A DNA stretch of 64,000 bases from Octopus vulgaris. Its lineage: Eukaryota. Location of the stretch: the NCBI GenBank assembly GCA_951406725.2, contig OX597819.1, positions 74,338,001-74,402,000 on the forward strand, written 5' to 3'. A program made the position numbers and the translations under genes. The notes under the pieces are model-generated. The model was not told where the DNA came from. It made no database searches and was given only the letters and a program-made list of their open reading frames with translations. This document shows positions 11,764-23,383 of the stretch, one piece after another. Position 1 is the first letter of the stretch, and every line of letters starts with the position of its first letter.

Positions 11764-11811
11764 TCACAGTGACTTCGAAGTTTCGGCCAGTTAAGCCTTC
11801 GTCACTGTAAA
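11764..11811 (-). ncRNA. Degenerate type I hammerhead-like motif
   Basis: Minus strand reads TTACAGT-[..]GACGA-A-GGC ttaactg GCC-GAAA-CTTCGAAG-TC-ACTGTGA. The core lacks the CU of CUGACGA; stem III is palindromic. Confidence 0.55.
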
Positions 11812-12868
11812 TAAAACAATAAGTCTGAACTCTACAAAGGTGTAGAGCAAACCCATCAAATGTATTGATACATATAGAGACGAAAAGGCCAGCTACCCTG
11901 CGGATGTGAACACGTGAAGATCCCAAACTGGCAAAACGGAGAATCTCGGTGGAGAACTGCTTCGAAACTTGCAGCTCCTCAACCCTGATTATAAATTTAC
12001 AATTACACCAATAATCATTGCTCGACTAAAGGCGGTGCTCCAGCATGACCGCAGTCAAATGGTTGAAACAAATAAAAGAATAAAAGAATGTATAAATGTG
12101 TGTGTTCCGTCTATCAATTCCTCGATTCATTTGTATGTTTATTTGTGCCAATAGCAGAGCAAATGGAAGAGACAGACAGAGCAAAGTGCGAGAGAAGGAA
12201 AGCTAGCAATATAAGCGACATCAAACATGATAAACATAAATTCTTGAAATTTCTTCTTGATGGGAAGGAGGAGAGGGAAGGGAGGAGGAGGTGCGTGTAT
12301 TTGCTGTTCCATGTGTGAGGGGTGGGGGAGTGAGTGGTGGACTGCTTTGGTAAACAAACACTCAACGACAATCAGACACAAAATGTCATATTTACATAAA
12401 CAGCTGTGATGTCGGAGACTTTCTCGGGAGCTCTCATTGTTTAACCCGAAGTCGACCCCAGTCAATCAGACGGTCTAGCCATAACCAATGTGTCCCTTTT
12501 TTTTAGACTTTAGGTGCGAGTTGAAAGCGATTTACCTGTTTTTCCATCATGCCGAATGAGTTCTGAGAGAATCCATCGCTAACTTGTAATCTTGTGCTGG
12601 GTACTAAAGGAATTAAGTTTAAATGAAAATTGATGAATGTTTAAATCTGACCATGAACTTGATATGGCAGCAGTTTTAACTCTCCTACAGCAACAGAAAC
12701 GAGGATTTACCGTATTTTTCAAAGCAGTCTCTCTTAATTATCAGTTGGAATTTTGGTGAGCTGGGAGATTCTGGTTTTACCAAAATGAAGTGAAGCAGTT
12801 CAACCAGAATCGTACACTTACAGATTGGAAGTTGTCTCCAAAAGCTTATAATCGTACTTTCTATGACG

Positions 12869-13015
<147 letters not shown>

Positions 13016-13080
13016 GAAATTTTAACCACAAGGGTCTACATTAAGAAAAACATTATGGACAGTACAGGATAAAACAAAGA

Positions 13081-13149
<69 letters not shown>

Positions 13150-13195
13150 AGTGTGTTGTGAGAGTTTTGCGTATAAGCAAGACCAAGAATATGTG

Positions 13196-13276
13196 CACAT
13201 GGGGTAGTGTTTAAGAGCATGGTTTACTAGCCCCAAGATTCCGAGTTCGATTCCAAGCAGTGACCTGAACAACAAC

Positions 13277-13349
<73 letters not shown>

Positions 13350-13500
13350 TCGAAAAATACCTTAGGAATGAGAACCCAGGTTCGAAATTTCCCCAAGACA
13401 CCTGATGAAGGCTGGAGGGCATATCAGCCGAAGCGTTGTGTTAATAACAAACAAGATGAGGACAAATATCCGTCATATGTAAATAATGTAAATAAATAAA
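13196..13500 (+). mobile_element. tRNA-headed SINE-like element with internal (AAT)n and a 3' hammerhead motif
   Basis: A-box-like TGGGGTAGTGT, B-box GAGTTCGATTCC at ~13243, then (AAT)n, an HHR at 13397-13442 and an A-rich tail. Confidence 0.65.
13397..13442 (+). ncRNA. Minimal type I hammerhead-like motif (GAAG variant)
   Basis: GACAC-CTGATGA-A-GGCTG gagggcatat CAGCC-GAAG-CG-TT-GTGTT. Confidence 0.75.
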
Positions 13501-13616
13501 CAACATTAAACGAATTAAAACTCCCAATAGTGGAAGCGCTTTAATGTCCTCGCCTCGCCGGATCAATTTAATTCCCTTTTCACAGGTAAACGCTCCGAAT
13601 TGGTCCTGTAGGTTTC

Positions 13617-13660
<44 letters not shown>

Positions 13661-13682
13661 TGATGATGATGATGATGATGAT

Positions 13683-14035
13683 AAATGCCCTGATACAGTA
13701 CCAGAGAGTGGCTCTCATGGCTCCAGATCTTAACTGATTGGAAGTGTTATCATGTACATTGTTTTGTCTTGGTATAAAAGATGGGCTACAGCAAATATTC
13801 TGCTCAGTACCACAGATTTGCTTGTCAGTTGTTTGACCTTAACCAGTTGAGCATGTCCCTTAGTGGCTGACGATATGTGCATCTCTGATCACGAGCAGAA
13901 GTAGTGGGAAAGCATCATAGCCGTGTGTTGAATGGAATTCTTAGAGGTTTGGATAATTCACCTTTGGAAACATGGGTGGTCCGTTCAACATCCTTAAACA
14001 ATCCTTATTCAGGCACCTTTTCAGCGGGATGACGT
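13683..14035 (+). mobile_element. (TAA)n-embedded non-autonomous interspersed repeat
   Basis: Reverse-complement homology to 41020-41548 (TGATGCAGTACCAGGCAGTGGCTCTCATGGC...GATGGGCTACAGCAAATATTCTGCTC). Directly follows (AAT)n/(GAT)n. Confidence 0.8.
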
Positions 14036-15128
14036 TTCTGCCAGCTTATTAGTCCTCTCATTACAGTCTCTTATACCTTCAGCATGGTGCCGACTGCCTC
14101 AGTTTCTGAAATGCTCAACATCATCCAAACTATGTAGCTGGTGTATACCTAGACGGCAATCCTAGATCGCAGCACACGTAGACTATCCCCGAACGGGTGA
14201 AATTTAGTGGTTAAGGTATTCAGCTCGCGACTGTACCTGTAATTCACAAGAGGTCAGACTTGTCACATTCTTTATCACACTGAATCACCATGAGAACTAC
14301 GTTAAGGGTACGCGTGTCTGTGGAGTACTCAGCCACTTGCTCGTTAATTTCAGTTGGAACACTCGTCGTCGTAACCGACAGAGTACGTACCAGTTAGTAC
14401 CAGCCTATAGTTCCTCTCAAACAATTCAGCAAAGAACTACAAAAAAAAAAAGAAAGAAAGGAACTGCGCGTGACAACTTGGAATTCGATATCATACGCTC
14501 TCCGTTGTATGCCACTGGTTGTATTGTTGTCCGGCTGATACGATGCACATCTGACTCCCAGGGCCCTTTGAAAGGTTTCAATGTTTGCGTGCCTTCGCGC
14601 ATGCATCTTAGCCCGGACAATGACGTCTTCATGTTTAGCGTGTTGATATTTCGAGTGCAGTTTGTGCCGTTGTTATTATTAAGAGAAAGAAAGAGAAAAA
14701 AAAGCAAGGAAGGAAGGAAGGAAAAAGAAAAGGAGAAAAGAAAGAAAGAATGACAGAAAGAAAGAAAGAAAGAAAGAAAAAAAGAAAGAAAGAAAGAAAG
14801 AAAGGAAGGAAGGAAGGAAGGAAGGAAGGAAGGAAGGAAGGAAGAAAGAAAGCGAAAACAAATCAGCAAAGTCAAACCTGCTGGTTGAGACTGGTCCGAA
14901 TGTAAAGAAGATATTGTCTGACAAGACAATAAACATGGCGGCAGTGGAGTAAAAATGGCGGCTTTGACATAATGTGATAAAGATGATCAGTCTGTTGACA
15001 GGTAAATGTATTGATTAGGAGTTTGTGTGCGAGAACTGGGTGCAATACACCTACAAAACAATAACTATGGCAATAAAGCGACATTAAGAATACATTACGG
15101 TTGTATTCGCAAGTGTGTGCGTGTGTGC

Positions 15129-15179
<51 letters not shown>

Positions 15180-15352
15180 TTTGCATGCTGGCGTTATAGA
15201 CTGACATATTATAAGCAAAAACTTACTCATATGGACTCACACACCCACACAATTACAAATGTACATTCACACGCACACATACACGTACAGGCACACATAC
15301 ACACACACACACACAGTGGAGATAAAGCTGATTAGGACATCAAGTGTTTATA

Positions 15353-15408
<56 letters not shown>

Positions 15409-15670
15409 TGTATGTATGTATATACATATATATTCGATTATTTTATTATTCCCTCTACATGGCTAGCTTTTAAGCCTACTGAGGCTTTCCTTAGGGTTGC
15501 GTCGTGCTCCCTTTAGTATCGGACGACAGTCTTCGGGATATCCTTTCGATTTTGAAATGAGACCGATAGAATAAGTACCAGGCTTACAAAGAGTAAGTCT
15601 TAGGCTCGATTTGCTGTACTAAAGGCGGTGCTCCAGCATGGCCGCAGTCAAATGACTGAAACAAATAAAA

Positions 15671-15761
<91 letters not shown>

Positions 15762-15779
15762 GATAGATAGATAGATATT

Positions 15780-16162
15780 CTTTTGGCGGCCATGCTGGAG
15801 CACCGCCCTTAGTTGAGTAAATCGACCCCAAGACTTATTCTTTGTAAGCCCGGTACTTATTCTATCGGCCTCTTTCGCCGAACCGCTAAATTAAGGGGGA
15901 CGTAAACACACCACCATTGGCTGTCAAGTGATGGTAGAGCGACAAACACAGATACATAAACACACACACGTACATATATATACATATATATATATATATA
16001 TACATATATACACACGATGGGCTTCTTTCAGTTTCCGCCTACCAAATCTTCTCAAAAAGGCTTTGGTCGGCTCGAGGCTACAGTACATAACATTTGTCCA
16101 CTGTGCCACGCTGTGGGGCTGAAGTATGTGGTTGGAAAGCAAGCTTCTTACGACACAGCCAT
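15780..16162 (-). mobile_element. tRNA-derived SINE family A, full length (a tail-only plus copy lies at 15555-15670)
   Basis: Head GGCTGTGTCGTAAGAAGCTTGC through tail GGCGGTGCTCCAGCATGGCCGC. Confidence 0.8.
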
Positions 16163-16180
16163 GTGTGTGTGCATGTGTAC

Positions 16181-16233
<53 letters not shown>

Positions 16234-16974
16234 CGTGTGTGCATACAAATAAAACATCTATGTATTGAGTACTTGTGAATCTACCTAAGCTCTTTCAGTT
16301 AGGAACAGATGCAGAGGAATACATACATGCACACATATATGCAAACACATACACATACATAGTCACACATACTCGCATACATGCATACCCACATACATGT
16401 GAATGGATGAATGGATGTATGAACATGTCAACTGTGTCCACAAATCATACTCTCTCTCTTTGCTTTCTTTTTCTCTTTGTTTCTATATTCCTTTGTTTTT
16501 TTTTCTCTCTCTCTCTCTCTCTCTCTCTCCATCTATCTCTCTCTCTCTCTCTCTCTCCATCTATCGCTCTCTCTATGTATCTATGTATCTATCTATCTAT
16601 ATCTCAATCTCTCTCAGGCTATTTTCCCCGGAACTTGTTTTGTAAGATTTAAAAAGCTAAGAATAACAACCTGCTTTGTGGCTATCCTGCTAATGTCAAC
16701 ATCCTCTCTTGTAGATGGATGAAGTAGTTTAGAAATGACAATGGTGTTGATACAGCGGTTAATACTTAGCCGCCATTACACCTCACAACGCATACACAAA
16801 ACGCTTACATACACCACACGTACATACACACATAAATATGTATATTTATAAGTATAAATACAAACACACAAACACACACACACACACACATATGCACACA
16901 CACACATATTCATACACACACATACAGGCATACTTGCATATATATATATATATATATATGTATGTATATATATA

Positions 16975-18102
16975 TTGGGTTGGCAAGAAAGTAATTTCGG
17001 TTTTTTAGTGTGAAATAACGGTCATTTTTTTTTTCATACAAAGAATGAACGTCAATCAATTATATATTTTCCATTTCGTTCGATGACATTTTGCCATCTT
17101 TTTGGCAACTTCATGATTCCGCACTCATAGAATTTCTGGTCCTTAGCCAAAAACTGAAGCAAGTGTGATTTCAGGTCATCATCATTATTGAAAGTTTTAC
17201 CATTCAAAGAGTTTTTCAAACTTCGAAATAAATGGTAACCTGATGGTGGAAGGCCGGCGCTATATGGTGGATGTGACATCACTTCCCAGTCAATCTCCAA
17301 TAATTTTTCACGAGTTAGCAAAGACATGCCTGGTCTAGCATTGTCATGGTGGAACACGATTCCTTTACGAATTGCCAATTCTGACCGTTTTTCTTTAATT
17401 GCTTCCTCCAGTTTCCTTAGTTGTTGACAGTAAATATCTGAATTGATCGTCTGGTTCCTTGGAAGCAGCTCAAAATACACAACACCTTTGTAATCCCACC
17501 AAATTGACAGCATGACTTATTTTTTTATGCAATTCAGCTTTCAGTGTGGTTTGTGCTGGTTCATTACGCTTGGACCATGATCGTTTTCGGTTGATGTTAT
17601 TGTAGACAATCCATTTTTCATGACCAGTGGTGATTCGTTTCAAAAAACGGTCGATTTCACAGTGTTTGAGATGCATATCGCAAGTATTGATTCGTTGTGT
17701 TAAGTGAATCTCTTTCAATTTATGTGGAACCCAAATACCGAGTTTCTGAATGAGTCCAAGATATTTTAAGTGATTCTCATTTGTTGTGTGTGATACATTT
17801 AACCTCTCTGCAATCTCTTGCACAGTTATATGACAATCAGATTCAATTATGGCTTTGATTCAGTCATCATCAACTTCAGTACGTCGACCAGAATGTTGAT
17901 CATCTTTCAGTAAAAAATCTCCAAAACGGAGTTTTTAAAACCATTTCAGACATGTGCTTTACGTGCAATTTGCTTCTAAAGTAAGCTAAAAGTAACGGCT
18001 ATCAAATGTTAAGAGGAAAAAATCATAACTGACAAAAGTCATTAAGAAAAATCGTAACTCTATCTATTTGCAAAAAACGAAATTATTTTGTTACCAACCC
18101 AA
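16975..18102 (-). mobile_element. mariner (DD34D) transposon, inactivated, with TIRs and TA TSD
   Basis: TIRs TTGGGTTGGCAAGAAAGTAATTTCG / CGAAATTATTTTGTTACCAACCCAA flanked by TA. ORFs 17470..17823 (WVPHKL, ITTGHEKW) and 17052..17513 (HHDNARP, HPPYSAGLPPSGYHLF) are frameshifted, with two catalytic Asp mutated. Confidence 0.95.
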
Positions 18103-18152
18103 TATATATTTATACATATAAAACATATATGTGTATGTGTGTGTGTGTGTGT

Positions 18153-18195
<43 letters not shown>

Positions 18196-18277
18196 ATATG
18201 ATATATATAATATATATATATAAAAATTAAATGAAAAACTTTTCATTTAATTTTTAAAAATTTGTGTTCCATAATTA

Positions 18278-18309
18278 CAGTTGAAAAAGTCTCAAATGAG
18301 ACGGTACTG
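18278..18309 (+). ncRNA. Hammerhead relic, U3-A8 core, GAAAC segment deleted
   Basis: CAG-TTGAAAA-A-GTCTC aaat GAGAC-[missing GAAACC]-GGTA-CTG, in an AT-rich (TA)n-flanked element that starts with a short palindrome (~18221-18255). Confidence 0.45.
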
Positions 18310-18365
18310 AAATCTTTTTTATAAAATTATTTTAGCATTTTCTACCTTGACTTACATATATATAT

Positions 18366-20055
18366 AAAACTTAGATATGTTTCGACCAAAGATTAGTCCA
18401 GGCCATGTCTAACTTAATAGTACCACCTGATAGGATTATCTAAATCCTGTTTAAGTCAAGTTTTGTTTATGGTCCATTCAAGTAGTGAGTTTTTGTTGGG
18501 TGAGTTGTATCCAATTATGGGTGGCTTATCTGGTATTCCTTGAAGAAATCTATTCAGACTCCGTTTAAAGTTGATGGGATCGTTTTCCTCTTTGATCTCT
18601 TTCGGGACAATGTTAAATAGGGTAGGGCCTGTTGAGGAAAAGAAATTATGTTGCAGTGTACATGTATGCTGTGATCTCGAATTGGGCAGGGGACGTATGG
18701 CCCGTGGTCCCAGTCTTGGATGAACCTTGAAGCTAATGTTAAGGTCGTTTGGGCAAAGTTGGCGGTATATTCTCCACATCGTACAACTGATGTACCGCTC
18801 GCAGCGACGCTGGAGAGAGTAAAGTTTCAAGGCTTTAAGGCGGTCCCTATAATCGAGAGCAGCCATGCCTTCAATTCGTTTAGTGAGTGCCCTCTGGGGT
18901 GATTCAATCCTCGAGATGTTTTGTCTTGTATGGGGAGACCACAGTGGGCAGCAGTATTCGAGATATGGCCGTACAAAGGAGGAGAAAAGTGGTATGATGA
19001 CACCTTGTTCTCTGGACCGGAAAGTTCTTAAGATCCAGGAACTCATCCTACGAGCTATATCGACCTTCTTGTTGATGTGTGCACTCCAACTGAGATTGTC
19101 ATCAACAATTACGCCCAGGTCTCTGATATTGTTAGAGGCTGTGAGCGGTTCTCCTGAAGGAAGAGAGTTTGGCTGTTTTAGTGAGGAATTCCTTCCAAAA
19201 TGCATCAGCTCAAATTTTCCCTCGTTCAGTTGCATTTTGTTTCTGTCTGCCCATTGACTCACAGCATATAGATCAGACTGGAGTTGAGTTCGGTCTGCTT
19301 CTTCATTGATGATTTGCTGGAGCTTAGTGTCATCAGCAAATATTTTCACTTTGCAGTAATGTACGACACTGGAAAGGTCGTTTATGTAAATTATGAAGAG
19401 TAGCGGGCCCAAGACAGTCCCCTGGGGGACACCGCTGGTGAATTTTGCTGGGCTTGAGTGGACTCTATCGACTACAACATGTGTTCTATTCGCCAGGAAA
19501 TACTTAATCCAGTGTAGAAGTTTTCCACGGATTCCAACATTTGCCAATTTTGAGAGTAGGATATTATGATCAACCCTGTCGAATGCTTTACTGAAGTCAA
19601 TATATATGACATCAGTGTTCGAACCTGTTCCCAAGGCTTTGAGTATATCTTCAATGTGGTGTAAGAGCTGTGTTAGACAGTCCCTGCCACAGCAAAAGCC
19701 ATGCTGATTTGCATTTAAGAGTTTGTAGGTCTCCAGGAAGTCAGCTATCCTTGATCTTAACACTCTTTCAAACACTTCAATGATGTGGGAGGTGAGTGAG
19801 ATTGGGCGATAGTTGACCGCGAGGGATCTGTTTCCCTGTTTGAAAACCGGGATGACAGACTGGGATAGAAGCTGTTTCGGTATATAACCTGAATCTAACG
19901 AATTTCTCCAGAGGTTGGCCAGAGGGACTGCAAGTTGGTGTCTACATTCCTTCAGGAGAATAGCGGGGAATCTATCAGGGCCTACAACAGAACAGTATTT
20001 GACCTTATTTATTGCTGCTATGATGTCAGAGGCAGTGAATGTTATGTCTGAGATT
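18366..20055 (-). mobile_element. CR1/L2-group LINE, 5'-truncated, open reverse transcriptase frame
   Basis: ORF 18456..19775 has QHGF, DFSKAFD, SGVPQGTVLGP, FADD and RDLGV. The frame stays open upstream to ~20053 (GPDRFPA...NYRPISLTS). Flanked by (TA)n. Confidence 0.95.
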
Positions 20056-20065
20056 TTATATATAT

Positions 20066-20295
20066 ATAGCGAAAAGTTCGCTATAGCTATAAAACACCAT
20101 AGACAATTAAAAAATGAAGAGATGTTAAAAGACCAAAATTGGATTTAGTATCCAATTTTGATCTTTTAACATTTCTTCTCTATTTTTATGCATATTTGTT
20201 AAAATTGGATATTAAATCTAATTTTGGTCTTTTAACATCTCTTCTCCATTTTTATAATTGTTGATGGTGTTTTATGCGTATAACGAGCTTTTCAC
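20066..20295. repeat. Imperfect inverted repeat with nested hairpins
   Basis: AAAACACCAT..GAAGAGATGTTAAAAGACCAAAATTGGAT pairs with ATCTAATTTTGGTCTTTTAACATCTCTTC..GATGGTGTTTT. Shares sequence with 26225-26413. Confidence 0.75.
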
Positions 20296-20407
20296 TTGTT
20301 ATTTTCATATTCTTATTGCTTGATCTAGTAGGATATTTCTGAATATGATGAAATTATTTTCTCTCTTTTTGGACTCCTCAAAAAGTTTGAATTGTTCTAC
20401 TTGAACT

Positions 20408-20485
<78 letters not shown>

Positions 20486-20869
20486 ACGCACTCACGCACA
20501 CACATATATATACATAAATGGCAATTTTTGTCTGTTGATTTGTTTATTAGCATCTTGTGAACTAATCTTGACGAAACTTTGCATATATGTTAAACTAATA
20601 TCCAATTCAATTATAGGCTTATTAGATTTCAATAAAAATCTATAATAGGCCCCCTAGATGCTTCGGCTGTTATTTGATAAAATGAGAAGGGTGCAAGGGT
20701 GTTAGTATGAGGGAAATGTGGTGGCATAGTGAATGTGGGTGATATCAGGGAAGGGAAGAACAGCGTTGTGTAAGCAACAAATATGGAGTGGCATTGGGAT
20801 GGTAACGTTAATTCAGGGTAATTCACGCGACGCTGAATATCTAAATACATAGATACACACACACACACA

Positions 20870-20927
<58 letters not shown>

Positions 20928-21693
20928 TGCACATACACATAAGTAACTTTTAAAACGCTGAAGAAGGGAAAGAAAGGTGAGTATGAGAAATACACAGCTT
21001 TAAGAAGAGAGGGATAGGTGGCTTTTCTGCTGTCCATCGCAAACAATCACTCACACACAGACACGCACATACATACATAATGTACATACATACGTACATA
21101 CATACACATATCTATTATACACCATCTTAAACTCGTGATTACTTGTGTGTACGTTTGTAAATGTGAGCATATTTCAGTGTGTGTGTGAGACGTCCTATAA
21201 CTGTCTCTCTCTTCTTTTGTAGGGTCTTCCTTGATGCTGTCCTATATTGTGAAATTTTAACAGTACGTCAAAGTTTTCTAATTTGGTATATTGAAATAAT
21301 TTTCCACGTTAAATTCGATTTTGATATATATTTGAGAAAAATGTTACTGAGGTTTAAAGTTTAATCAATTTCACCTAATCAAAAAACAGGATTTGGAAGC
21401 TGGCATTTTCTGCATGACAGCTGTCTATCATGAAATGAAAGCAGAAATCATTAGGAGGAGGAATTTTTATCAAACAAACGAAAGCAAAGTATAACGACAG
21501 CCAAAGTTGTAAGAACTTCTGAAGTTTTAATGAATAAAGTCATGTGAAACGGTTTAAAAAACATGTAAATAATTTGAAAACGAGAAAAATACTCAATGAA
21601 GCTTATTGGCGAAAAATTGTACAAATCTGTCCTGATTAAGAGGCCTATCTGTCAGGGAAGGCATGCTCTGACATGGAATAAATAAAAAATTAT

Positions 21694-21762
<69 letters not shown>

Positions 21763-21897
21763 GCACACACACACGCACTTACGCACACACACATATGTAT
21801 ATATGTTTGTATAGTAAGATTTAGATCAGATGAATATGGTACTTAAGTTAAAGACACCAGAATTTAGTATCCTTATAATTCAAAATGGGGTGATTTC

Positions 21898-21975
21898 AAT
21901 CAAAATAAGCAACAAGGATATCCAGAGGTAATGCAGCTGCAATACCTCTGGATATCCTTGCTGCTTATTTTGATT
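21898..21975. repeat. 78-bp near-perfect palindrome abutting (TA)n (duplicate ~28752-28829)
   Basis: AATCAAAATAAGCAACAAGGATATCCAGAGGTAATGCAG|CTGCAATACCTCTGGATATCCTTGCTGCTTATTTTGATT, with no loop. Confidence 0.9.
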
Positions 21976-21982
21976 ATGTATG

Positions 21983-22108
<126 letters not shown>

Positions 22109-22199
22109 CATACATACATATATATATATATACATATATATATATGTATACATGCATGTATATATATATGTAATATATAAGTATGTGTGTGTGTGCATG

Positions 22200-22263
<64 letters not shown>

Positions 22264-22325
22264 GCGTGTATGTATTCGGTGTATGCAATTGATACAGTAT
22301 AAATTATAGTAGCTATCTCTGTGTC

Positions 22326-23022
22326 TCTCTGGCAAAAACTCACACCATCATGCCTTTCAGCTCTGTATATACGTTAGGTATGAAACAGATGGCTATTTTA
22401 GTTTAATGCTATTTCAATTGCGTTCACCGTGTTTTTATTCAATCCGACACCTTGCTATTTATAATATCAATGTATAATATTATTCATTGCTTCCTACATA
22501 TCGGAGGGGACAGGTTTGGTCCTGACATGTTACTGGTATGTGATATCATTGACAACCCGCAGAAGGCCGAAATCCCTCTGGTGATCTCGTGAATTACTGC
22601 AGAGGCGGCTTTTTTTCTCAATCCGATACAGATTATTTTAATATGGCGTATCCATGAAGAAAGTGTTCTGTCAGACGAGAATAACCGCATAATTGTACCT
22701 CTCAGCGGTGTATATATGTTAGATATGTCAACATAGACGACAGATATACATACATATATACATACATACATATACATATGAATGTGTTTGTGTCTATATA
22801 TGCAAATATGTATATATACATATATAAATGTACCTCTATACACCCATATATACACCGCTGAGAGGTACAATTATGCGGTTATTCTCGTCTGACAGAACAC
22901 TTTCTTCATGGATACGCCATATTAAAATAATCTGTATCGGATTGAGAAAAAAAGCCGCCTCTGCAGTAATTCACGAGATCACCAGAGGGATTTCTCTGGC
23001 AAAAACTCACACCATCATGCCT
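22326..23022. repeat. ~145-bp inverted repeat nested in a ~30-bp direct repeat (duplicate ~29194-29892)
   Basis: 22570-22718 is the reverse complement of ~22845-22993. TCTCTGGCAAAAACTCACACCATCATGCCTT occurs at 22326 and 22992. Confidence 0.9.
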
Positions 23023-23300
23023 TGGTAGACGGAAACTGAAAGAAGCCTGTCGTATATATGTATATATATGTATGTATATGTTTGTGTGTGTTTATCTGTG
23101 TTTGTCCCCCTAGCATTGCTTGACAACCAATTTTGGTGTGTTTACGTCCCCGTCACTTAGCGGTTCGGCAAAAGTGACCGATAGAATAAGTACTAGGCTT
23201 ACAAAGAATAAGTCCCGGGGTCGATTTGCTCGACTAAAGGTTGTGCTCCAGCATGGCCGCAGTCAAATGACTGAAACAAGTAAAAGAGTAAAAAGAGTAA
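23023..23300 (+). mobile_element. SINE family A, 5'-truncated (duplicate ~29893-30170)
   Basis: GGTAGACGGAAACTGAAAGAAGCC...GCTCCAGCATGGCCGCAGTCAAATGACTGAAAC. Confidence 0.8.
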
Positions 23301-23309
23301 AGAATATAT

Positions 23310-23383
<74 letters not shown>

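Noticed and set aside
22545-22592. TTGACAA...GAAATC..GATC as a U3-A8 hammerhead
   Set aside because: Stems I and II do not pair convincingly.
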